In this document: one piece after another, positions 9,119 to 16,579 of the stretch | How positions within the stretch are numbered: the first letter of the stretch is position 1 | Layout: every line of letters starts with the position of its first letter | Origin: a virus | DNA length: 47,240 nt | Reading direction: 5' to 3' (one strand) | UHGV virus genome: UHGV-0111354 | Program-made: the position numbers and the translations under genes | The notes under the pieces: generated by a model | Databases searched by the model: none | Told to the model about the DNA's origin: nothing | Seen by the model: the letters and a program-made list of their open reading frames with translations, nothing else

Positions 9119-9931
9119 ATGGCTCAATTTACTTTCGTTACCCCTGTTGCTCGCCTGATTCACGGTCACCCGCTGAAACAGAATGTGCGCACTGATGGAG
9201 TTACAAAACAACCGGTTCTTGGTAAAGATGGTCAGCCCGTTAAAGAGATTTACATCGGTATTGCAATTCCTAAAACCGGTGAAGCGGACTGGAAAGATAC
9301 CGAATGGGGTAAACAAATCGCAATGGCGGCGCTGGACGCTGAAAACGGTTACGATGCCGCCACCACTCGCCGCCCGGATTTTTCCTGGAAAGTAATCGAT
9401 GGCGATAGCGACATCCCGAACAAAGCTGGTCACGCACCGAATGAGGACGAATATAAACGCGGTCACTGGGTCTTGCACCTGAACACCCGCATTCCGTACA
9501 ACTGTTATCATGTTGGTAAATATAATCCGCTCGATGCGATTCAGGACGTAAACGCTATTAAACTCGGCGATTACGTTCGTGTGAATATCGTGGCGAAAGG
9601 TAATAAGCCGTCCAAAACTCCGGGCGTGTATTTGAACCCGAATCTGCTCGAGCTGTCACGTGTGGGCGAAGCGATCATTCGTGAAGGCAGCGGTCCGGAC
9701 GCAGCAAGCGTATTCGGCGGTAGTGCACCTGCTCAGGTAGCACCGACCCCAGCCCCAGCTGCTCCCGCACCTGCAACACCGCCGCCAGCAACTGACTTAC
9801 TGGTGACACCGCCGCCGGTTGTTGAAGAGAAGTACAGTTACAACGGCGCGGTGTATACCAAAGCACAACTGCTCGGTATGCCCGGCTGGAGCGAAGAGTT
9901 AATCGCACAACACTGTCAGAAAGTAGCGTAA
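9119..9931 (+). CDS. Phage ssDNA-binding protein, DUF2815-like, with Pro/Ala-rich C-terminal linker
   Basis: The N-terminal FVTPVARLIHGHP... pattern resembles DUF2815 phage SSBs. PTPAPAAPAPATPPPA linker then a short conserved tail. Adjacent to a DUF2800-like nuclease. The family call rests on memory of the profile. Confidence 0.45.
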   Translation: MAQFTFVTPVARLIHGHPLKQNVRTDGVTKQPVLGKDGQPVKEIYIGIAIPKTGEADWKDTEWGKQIAMAALDAENGYDAATTRRPDFSWKVIDGDSDIPNKAGHAPNEDEYKRGHWVLHLNTRIPYNCYHVGKYNPLDAIQDVNAIKLGDYVRVNIVAKGNKPSKTPGVYLNPNLLELSRVGEAIIREGSGPDAASVFGGSAPAQVAPTPAPAAPAPATPPPATDLLVTPPPVVEEKYSYNGAVYTKAQLLGMPGWSEELIAQHCQKVA

Positions 9932-9938
9932 CCACAAC

Positions 9939-9966
9939 GCCCCGGTGCGAGCCGGGGTAATTTAAC
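9939..9966 (+). terminator. Weak intrinsic terminator/attenuator hairpin (CCCCGG tgcgag CCGGGG) + TAATTTA
   Basis: Seen in sequence immediately after the SSB-like stop. Confidence 0.35.
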
Positions 9967-9981
9967 TGGAGAGGGTGTATC

Positions 9982-10101
9982 ATGACCGACCAACGACTGA
10001 AACAGTTTGATGAAAAGTTAGCTGAACTGGAAAAGGCTATTAAACAGGTGCAGGAGCAACGCCGGGAATATATTAACCAGAATGGGTTAAATAAATCGTA
10101 A
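9982..10101 (+). CDS. Small coiled-coil protein (39 aa)
   Basis: ATG with RBS GGAGAGGG. Bracketed by two terminator-like hairpins. Confidence 0.3.
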   Translation: MTDQRLKQFDEKLAELEKAIKQVQEQRREYINQNGLNKS

Positions 10102-10108
10102 TAGCTTT

Positions 10109-10133
10109 AGCCCCTTAACTGGGGCTTTTCTTA
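10109..10133 (+). terminator. Intrinsic terminator hairpin AGCCCC ttaact GGGGCT + TTTTCTT
   Basis: Seen in sequence, 16 nt upstream of the polymerase RBS. Confidence 0.45.
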
Positions 10134-10148
10134 CAGAGAGGAACAGAG

Positions 10149-12323
10149 ATGCACTATTTATTAAAATGCGAGGATGCAACGTGTGGTAAAAATTATCCCG
10201 CTGACCTCCACAATTGCCCCCACTGTGGGGCTGATTCGGCATTCTCCAGCATTGCACCACTGGACCCTAAATGGTGGTCTTACGATATTGAAACATACCC
10301 AAACATTTTTACTGCTACTTTCATCCATGCTGCGACCGGTATGGAACTGGTGTATGAGATCAGTGACCGTAAAAACCAACAGCAGGAAATGGTTGACTTC
10401 ATGTTTAACCTGGGAAAATCTGGTGCATGGGGCGTAGGCTTTAACAACATGTCATTCGACTACCCCGTGTTGCATTTCATCGCACATAAGCCCGGTTGCA
10501 CAGTGGAGGATGTTTACGACTACTCACAACGAACCATTAAGACGAGTAACGTTAATCGTTGGTCTGTGATGGTGTGGGACCGTGACCAGATATTCCCACA
10601 GTTGGACTTGTTGTTGCTCAATCATTTCGACAACAAGGCACGCATGACAAGCCTGAAAGCACTCGAAGTTGCGATGAAATCGCCAAACGTGAAAGACCTT
10701 CCTTTCCCTGTTGGAATGGTTCTGAACGATGCCCAGAAAGATGAATTAATCACGTATAACATTCATGACGTGCGGGAAACCACCAAATTCATGATGCGCT
10801 GTCTGAAAGCGATTGAGTTCCGTGAAGAACTATGTGTGACACATGGTCGCAACTTCATGAATCATAATGACACAAAAATCGGTAAAGATTATTTCGTCAT
10901 GGAACTGGAAAAAAACGGAATCCAGTGTTTCAACCGTGACGATAAGGGTCGAAAGCTCGGACCACGGCAAACACCCCGTGAAAGCATTTGTTTCGCAGAC
11001 GTGATTTTTCCATACATCAAATTTGACCGCCCGGAATTCAACGAGATTTTGAAGCGCTTCCAGTCGAAAACCATTTACAAAAAAGAACTCGATGAACTGG
11101 AAAAAGCGGAAGGGAAGAAAGATAAATTAGTGACGAAAGGTGTGTTCAGCGACCTGGAATGTACCGTTAACGGATACACTTTTGTATTTGGTGTCGGCGG
11201 CATTCACGGGTCAGTTGAGTCCCAGATTGTGGAAACAAACGATACACACCAACTCGTGGACATCGATGTTTCAAGCATGTATCCCAGCATAGCGATTGCC
11301 AACCGTATTTACCCTGAGCACTTAGGGGAGAAGTTTTGCGATATCAACGAGTATTTTTTCAATGAGCGTATGCGCGTCGGTAAGAAAACCACTCCAGGAG
11401 CAGTGTACAAACTCTCAATGAATGGTGTGTACGGTGACAGTAACAACGCATTTGGACCGTTTTACGACCCGAAATACACGATGACGGTCACTGTCAACGG
11501 TCAGTTAATGCTGGCAATGCTGTGTGAAAAACTTCTCACTATCCCCGGTCTTACAATAGTGCAATCCAATACGGATGGAGTCACTATGATGTGCCCACAT
11601 GGGGAACTCGACAACATGCGTGCAATTTGTCGAGCGTGGGAAGCGATCACCAAACTGGAACTGGAAGAAGTATTTTATAAGCGTATGCCCATCAGGGACG
11701 TCAATAATTATCTGGCTATCGATAATAAAGGAAACGTAAAACGCAAGGGAGCTTACGAGTACGAGTACCAGTGGCATCAAGACCCGTCTTCGACAATTGT
11801 GGGTAAGGCTGCTGAGGCTGCACTTTTGTTTGACACCGATATCCGCACATTCATCACGCAGCATCGTGACCCGTTCGACTTTATGCTGCGTGCCAAAGTG
11901 CCTCGTTCAGCACGTCTGGTAATGCGTTGGCCGGAATGGGGCGCTGAACGAGAAATGCAGAATACCACACGTGTGTTTATCTCGCGTAAAGGTGGGTCAC
12001 TGGTCAAGCTGTTACCACCAACGGGCGTACCGGGTACATGGAAGCGCAAGAACGGTGTCAAAGACGACGTGTACAACGCGGTAATGCGTGAGATTACTGG
12101 TCAATCGGGAGACCTCGACAGCATCGGTACACCGTGGGACGAGCGTATCCACACGAAGAGCCGCAGCAAGCATGACGCAATGCGTGAAACCGGGATGTAT
12201 GTCGGATGGAAGGTGACAGAGTGTGCCGACGCTAAGGACTTCGACTGGAGCAGTCTGGACTATGAATATTATGTGAAGGAAGCAGAAAAGTTAGTTTTAC
12301 CGTTGTTGGGGGTCACAAAATGA
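10149..12323 (+). CDS. Family B DNA polymerase (small, 724 aa) with N-terminal C4 zinc ribbon and 3'-5' exonuclease domain
   Basis: Zinc ribbon CEDATCGK...CPHCG. Exo I YDIET, Exo II NNMSFDYPVL, Exo III YNIHD. Pol motif A DVSSMYPSIA, motif B KLSMNGVYG, motif C-like NTDGV. RBS GAGAGGAACAGAG-ATG. Confidence 0.7.
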   Translation: MHYLLKCEDATCGKNYPADLHNCPHCGADSAFSSIAPLDPKWWSYDIETYPNIFTATFIHAATGMELVYEISDRKNQQQEMVDFMFNLGKSGAWGVGFNNMSFDYPVLHFIAHKPGCTVEDVYDYSQRTIKTSNVNRWSVMVWDRDQIFPQLDLLLLNHFDNKARMTSLKALEVAMKSPNVKDLPFPVGMVLNDAQKDELITYNIHDVRETTKFMMRCLKAIEFREELCVTHGRNFMNHNDTKIGKDYFVMELEKNGIQCFNRDDKGRKLGPRQTPRESICFADVIFPYIKFDRPEFNEILKRFQSKTIYKKELDELEKAEGKKDKLVTKGVFSDLECTVNGYTFVFGVGGIHGSVESQIVETNDTHQLVDIDVSSMYPSIAIANRIYPEHLGEKFCDINEYFFNERMRVGKKTTPGAVYKLSMNGVYGDSNNAFGPFYDPKYTMTVTVNGQLMLAMLCEKLLTIPGLTIVQSNTDGVTMMCPHGELDNMRAICRAWEAITKLELEEVFYKRMPIRDVNNYLAIDNKGNVKRKGAYEYEYQWHQDPSSTIVGKAAEAALLFDTDIRTFITQHRDPFDFMLRAKVPRSARLVMRWPEWGAEREMQNTTRVFISRKGGSLVKLLPPTGVPGTWKRKNGVKDDVYNAVMREITGQSGDLDSIGTPWDERIHTKSRSKHDAMRETGMYVGWKVTECADAKDFDWSSLDYEYYVKEAEKLVLPLLGVTK

Positions 12324-12661
12324 AAGTTCTCATAACAGGTGGACGGGATTATTCGGATTTTGATGCGTTTGAAAAAGCTATGGAGATGTTGCCGTTCAAA
12401 ATTGAACTAATTATCCACGGTGGTGCGAGAGGCGCGGATAGTATTGCCGACATGTGGGCGAAGAAACACGGTGTGTTCGTTATGAGAATGGATGCCCTGT
12501 GGAATGCACATGGTAAAGGGGCCGGACCGAAGCGAAATTGGGCAATGTTAAACTTTGGAAAACCCGATTACTGTGTTGCGTTTCCCGGCGGTAATGGGAC
12601 TGCGGATATGGTGAGGCAATGTGAAAAAGCATCCGTGGTCGTGTGGAAGCCTTACGGTTAG
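12320..12661 (+). CDS. DUF2493 / SLOG-family (YspA-DprA-like Rossmann) protein
   Basis: VLITGGRDY...IHGGARGADSIADMWAKKHGV...GAGPKRN...AFPGGNGTADM matches DUF2493 conserved blocks. ATGA overlap with the polymerase stop. Confidence 0.6.
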   Translation: MKVLITGGRDYSDFDAFEKAMEMLPFKIELIIHGGARGADSIADMWAKKHGVFVMRMDALWNAHGKGAGPKRNWAMLNFGKPDYCVAFPGGNGTADMVRQCEKASVVVWKPYG

Positions 12662-12667
12662 TGAAAC

Positions 12668-12704
12668 TACCGGCGCATTACTGCGCCGGTTTGTTCGTCT
12701 TTTG
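12668..12704 (+). terminator. Intrinsic terminator: 8-bp stem CCGGCGCA ttac TGCGCCGG + TTTGTTCGTCTTTT
   Basis: Seen in sequence between the convergent genes ending at 12661 (+) and 12678 (-). Confidence 0.6.
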
Positions 12705-12992
12705 ACGCATTTCAGCAAGTTCAATTTCTGCCTTTTCACGTTCGATTCGCCTAATAATTTCCTCCTCTCTGCGCTCGGCAGACTCATTACGAATTCGTTG
12801 TATGTGACCACAAATCATGACAACCGTCAGTATAATACCACACAAGGTGGCGAAGATACCGACGGTTTCCGGGGTAATGCCGTATTTAGTCATCAGTCCC
12901 GTTATCGTCGTCCCGCTCGCCACTACTGTTCCGACTTGTGTGTTTCCAGTAAAGCTCATAGCGTTTTCTCGCTTCAATGTACCACTCGACAA
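12678..12992 (-). CDS. Single-TMD membrane protein with charged coiled-coil C-terminus (holin/antiholin-like or lysis-associated candidate)
   Basis: One hydrophobic span IFATLCGIILTVVMICG, then EERREEEIIRRIEREKAEIELAEMR. Neighbour of the endolysin region but on the opposite strand. Confidence 0.35.
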   Translation of the reverse strand: MSSGTLKRENAMSFTGNTQVGTVVASGTTITGLMTKYGITPETVGIFATLCGIILTVVMICGHIQRIRNESAERREEEIIRRIEREKAEIELAEMRQKTNKPAQ

Positions 12993-13396
12993 CCCGCACC
13001 AACATGAGAACGATGGCCAGAGTTGTCGATATGAACCGCAATACCTCCAGCATCGTCACTGTCCTTTTTCAGTATCGTGAAGATTGCCACGCAGTACAGC
13101 ATCGTGAACGTTGCCGCATAGATGTCGAGTGGTCGATAGAAAAACCACAGAAACCACCCCATTAGGTTAATCAACATGGAGACAATGCTGATGAGCATCA
13201 TGTCGAGAGACTTCCGGGATGTTCCAAACCGATACAGAATGCCGACCACTGCGAAATCGCAAAATGCGGCGAGGAAAAAGTAAATCGAACCATCCAGATT
13301 GCTGCACAACTTCTGGAAAAGAGTCGCCACCATCACGAAGAGAAACGAGGCTCCTCGAGGTCTGGCGATTACCGAGGCAATCAGGAGGGCGTACAT
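12974..13396 (-). CDS. Multi-pass membrane protein (3-4 TMDs); holin candidate
   Basis: Hydrophobic segments LLIASVIA, IYFFLAAFCDFAVVGILY, MMLISIVSMLINLMGWFLWFFY, YCVAIFTIL. Start uncertain. Confidence 0.3.
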   Translation of the reverse strand: MYALLIASVIARPRGASFLFVMVATLFQKLCSNLDGSIYFFLAAFCDFAVVGILYRFGTSRKSLDMMLISIVSMLINLMGWFLWFFYRPLDIYAATFTMLYCVAIFTILKKDSDDAGGIAVHIDNSGHRSHVGAGCRVVH

Positions 13397-13570
13397 TGTT
13401 TACTTGGTCCGCCGTTTTACTTTCGCGTCACCGGTTTTACCACGAGGTTTAACACACGCCCCACCGGCGTCTCCTGCCTTACGTGGTTTAACTACAGCTG
13501 ACTTGGTCTTGTACATTTTATCATCCTCATATGTTAATATTAAGCTTAATTGTACAGCAGGTGTTACCGA

Positions 13571-14131
13571 ATGAGAAATCCTCTAAGCAAACAAATGACT
13601 GCTCTTCTCACCGCATTTGCGATGGGTGGCACAGGTACCGCGGTAGTCACACAGACAGATCTGCTCAATCAGTTCCTGAACGAGAAGGAAGGGAACAGGC
13701 TGACAGCATATCTGGACAGTGCAAATCCTCCCATCTGGACCATCTGCCGGGGTGTGACGCGCATCGACGGTAAGCCAGTGACAAAGGGTATGCGACTTAC
13801 CGAAAAGCAGTGTGACCTTCTGAACGATAAAGAAGCGCAAAAGTCGCTCAAATGGGTACGCGACAATATCCCGGTAAAACTGAACCCGGTGCAACAGGTC
13901 GGTATTGCATCGTTCTGTCCGTACAACATTGGACCCACTAAATGTAAGGGGTCAACATTCTTCAAATTGCTGCAAAAAGGCGACTGGAAGAACGCGTGTA
14001 AACAGATCCCTCGTTGGGTGTTCGATGGTGGTCGTGACTGCCGTATTAAAAGTAACAACTGTTCCGGACAGCCGATTCGCCGGGAGCAGGAAGAGTATTT
14101 GTGCCTGTATACACTGGGGGAATCGAAATGA
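13571..14131 (+). CDS. Endolysin, GH24 (T4/lambda R-type lysozyme) with N-terminal signal-arrest-release (SAR)-like segment
   Basis: LTAFAMGGTGTAVVTQ is a weakly hydrophobic Gly/Ala-rich N-terminal segment. NEKEGNRLTAYLDSANPPIWTICRGVT contains a lysozyme-like catalytic region (E...D...T). 186 aa. Confidence 0.65.
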   Translation: MRNPLSKQMTALLTAFAMGGTGTAVVTQTDLLNQFLNEKEGNRLTAYLDSANPPIWTICRGVTRIDGKPVTKGMRLTEKQCDLLNDKEAQKSLKWVRDNIPVKLNPVQQVGIASFCPYNIGPTKCKGSTFFKLLQKGDWKNACKQIPRWVFDGGRDCRIKSNNCSGQPIRREQEEYLCLYTLGESK

Positions 14132-14457
14132 CAATGTTACAGCGGGTAGTAATTGTTGCAGGAATCGTATTCGTGATATGTACATATTGGCTAGGTTATT
14201 ATCACGGTAAGCGGTCGGTCAAGCTGGACGATTTCAAAGAATACAAAGCAGCCGTCGAAGCCCGTGACGCGCTGCAGGAAAAACTCAATGCTTCTGATGT
14301 GGAATTGCAGAAAAAGCAACAGGAACTGAAAGAAGCCCGAACCAAAAAAGTCGTTGAAAAAGTCACTATTTACCGTGACCGAATTAAAGACTCCGCCACC
14401 GCTCAGTGTGTCAAAGAGAGTGGTATCCTCGATCTGTATGATGCGACCGTAAAATGA
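14128..14457 (+). CDS. i-spanin (Rz-like): N-terminal TMD + periplasmic coiled coil
   Basis: The ATG overlaps the endolysin stop. IVAGIVFVICTYWLGYY TMD, then the coiled-coil ALQEKLNASDVELQKKQQELKEARTKK. RBS GGGGGAA. Confidence 0.6.
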   Translation: MTMLQRVVIVAGIVFVICTYWLGYYHGKRSVKLDDFKEYKAAVEARDALQEKLNASDVELQKKQQELKEARTKKVVEKVTIYRDRIKDSATAQCVKESGILDLYDATVK

Positions 14458-14690
14458 AAAAACTTATCCTGCTGGTAGCAGTACTTACTTTAACCGCCTG
14501 TGCTCAGGAAGTACGTAAATGTCCACCACCATCTAATGACCTGCTCACACCGAGCGGTGAATTGTGGACAACCGATGGCGATCCCGAAAAGGCCGCTACG
14601 GTAATTCCGCACAATGGGGAGGTTCTGATGGCCGACCGGGACAGGGTGTCCCGGTGGCAAAAGTGGTGGGAAGGTTGTAAAACTTTATGA
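14454..14690 (+). CDS. o-spanin (Rz1-like) outer-membrane lipoprotein, separate (non-embedded) architecture
   Basis: Signal MKKLILLVAVLTLTAC with lipobox LTAC. Pro-rich mature part. ATGA overlap with the i-spanin. Confidence 0.6.
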   Translation: MKKLILLVAVLTLTACAQEVRKCPPPSNDLLTPSGELWTTDGDPEKAATVIPHNGEVLMADRDRVSRWQKWWEGCKTL

Positions 14691-15578
14691 GTACTCTTCA
14701 ATGATTACCAGCCCAGGGCGTCCGGCGGCACCGTTCCTCAGTGGTTGGGATGGACCGTTGGAACATCCGGATGCTCCGGAACCCCAACCACCACCGGTTA
14801 CCGCTGGATTGTCGATTCTCGGCACCGCTCCGCCCACACCCATGAAGCCGTCCGAACCACGAGAACCAATCGTGACTTCGGTCGAAATGGCGAACCCAGC
14901 GGTGGAACCCGGTCCGGGAACACCAAGGATATTCCAACCGGTTGGAGAATTAGAGTTATTATTGGCGACAGGTTGGAACGGTGGGTTCGCCGGACCAGCC
15001 GGTTGACCGGCTTTACCACCCGGACAGCTAATCAAGGTACCCACGGACGTTGTTCCGCCATCACCGCCGTATGTGGACGAAGCTGTACCACCGGCACCAC
15101 CCGCACCAATCGTCACTTGCAGGGAATTAATCGTGGCAACATCGTAAATGCCCTCAGCATAAGCACCGGCCCCACCACCGTTACTCATCGATGTTTGACC
15201 GGCCCCAGTGGCTACCGCTGCGGAGCTACCACCGCCACCACCAACCGCTCTAATTCTCCACTTTTTGGCACCCGGGGTCTTCGATACCACCGTATCAGTT
15301 GTGAACGCGCGGACATTAAGTAATCTTCCCGGTGTCGCAGTCATCAACGCATCATAAAGTTGACTGTTCACCCCATTATCGACAGTCCCGTTCGGCGTAA
15401 CACCTGCTACGTTAAGCACACGAGCGAAAAAACCACTCATGTCATTGGCCCAATCGGCCTCGAAATATGAACCATCTTCTGCTGTCGGTGATGTACGGTT
15501 TTTAAATGCACCCTGAGGTTGTTCCACCGTGGGATTCTCGAACCGCCCTGGGTAACGGTTGCTACGGTCTAAAGCCAT
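14685..15578 (-). CDS. Gly-rich tail fibre protein (collagen-like / beta-rich)
   Basis: 297 aa. Long GGGGGSSAAVATGAGQTS...GAGGAGGTASSTYGGDGG tracts. Located at the distal end of the tail module. Confidence 0.45.
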   Translation of the reverse strand: MALDRSNRYPGRFENPTVEQPQGAFKNRTSPTAEDGSYFEADWANDMSGFFARVLNVAGVTPNGTVDNGVNSQLYDALMTATPGRLLNVRAFTTDTVVSKTPGAKKWRIRAVGGGGGSSAAVATGAGQTSMSNGGGAGAYAEGIYDVATINSLQVTIGAGGAGGTASSTYGGDGGTTSVGTLISCPGGKAGQPAGPANPPFQPVANNNSNSPTGWNILGVPGPGSTAGFAISTEVTIGSRGSDGFMGVGGAVPRIDNPAVTGGGWGSGASGCSNGPSQPLRNGAAGRPGLVIIEEYS

Positions 15579-15581
15579 TAT

Positions 15582-16295
15582 TTAAACTCCTATAAATCCG
15601 GTCGCTTGCGCCAATGAGTCACCAAACTGAGTTGATGAGTCACCTGCCTGTACGTAATCATAAGCCTCAAGGAAACCATTGAATTTTACACCCTGTGGCT
15701 TCGGAACGAAAGATGTGTTGAGGAGCGCCCACCGTTCAAGCTCTGTGATTTGCCCGTAGAATTCCACGGAGAAACTCATGTCCTCACCATCAACCAGACA
15801 GGTAACCTGTGCGTTGGGTAACAGGAAATTCATCCCATTAATAATGTCTTCAATGGTCGCGTATGAGTTGTTTTTAAGAATTTTAGATTTGATTGCCAGA
15901 CGATATAATTTGTCCGACATTGTCATCGACTGGTCAACAGATGGTACACTACACATTGCGGAGGTGTCACCGAATTCAGCCGGGCCATTGACATCGCTGG
16001 CGCACATTGCGGTTTCCACGGTGACTTCACCCATAAAATCCCTGGGTATCACCACAATGCGCCCAATAACGTCGAGTTGCTCACCTTGCGCCGCATCGAT
16101 CGAATACATAATGCGGACAGCTGCAGCCATATCTGCAATCTGCGTAGCCAGACTACGCGTGATGTTATACCAAGCGGCAGCCTTTGGCTTGTTACGATAC
16201 TGAGCGTAGATGCGATTTGGAGCATCTGACTCATTTGCGACGTAGCCGCTGACAATCGTCAGCGGTACGAAGTAGGGAGCCGAGAAGAAGTTCAT
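15582..16295 (-). CDS. Tail/baseplate structural protein (unassigned family)
   Basis: 237-aa ORF between the fibre genes. Minus-strand promoter-like TTGACT-16-TATCAT at about 16326-16354. Confidence 0.3.
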   Translation of the reverse strand: MNFFSAPYFVPLTIVSGYVANESDAPNRIYAQYRNKPKAAAWYNITRSLATQIADMAAAVRIMYSIDAAQGEQLDVIGRIVVIPRDFMGEVTVETAMCASDVNGPAEFGDTSAMCSVPSVDQSMTMSDKLYRLAIKSKILKNNSYATIEDIINGMNFLLPNAQVTCLVDGEDMSFSVEFYGQITELERWALLNTSFVPKPQGVKFNGFLEAYDYVQAGDSSTQFGDSLAQATGFIGV

Positions 16296-16395
16296 CAGTA
16301 CCCACGGGAATTGATGGAAGATGTACTAATGATACCGCGAATCTCTCATTAGTCAATTCAGGTGCGTTGTGGACGGGTGAAAGGGGCTTACGCCC

Positions 16396-16569
16396 CTAAA
16401 CTATTTTAAATGTCAATCCTTCTTTGTCAGAAAACCCGTTATTCATTAAGTAATCCAACACGTAATCTTGTTTTTCAATTTCGTCGGAAAACGATGAGCC
16501 GCCATCATCTATTTCCACTGTAACCGGAAGGTCGCCGGTTGTCATAAACCACACTTTTACTTTCAACAT
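16396..16569 (-). CDS. Small acidic protein (57 aa) immediately downstream of the large fibre gene; possible fibre chaperone
   Basis: ORF found by hand. Followed on the minus strand by hairpin AGGGGC gtaa GCCCCT. Confidence 0.25.
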   Translation of the reverse strand: MLKVKVWFMTTGDLPVTVEIDDGGSSFSDEIEKQDYVLDYLMNNGFSDKEGLTFKIV

Positions 16570-16579
16570 TTAATACCCC

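Noticed and set aside
14101-14127. GTG start for the i-spanin ORF at 14101 (as in the ORF track)
   Set aside because: The ATG at 14128 has a strong RBS (GGGGGAA) and overlaps the endolysin stop in classic coupled fashion. The upstream extension would overlap 30 nt of the endolysin coding region.
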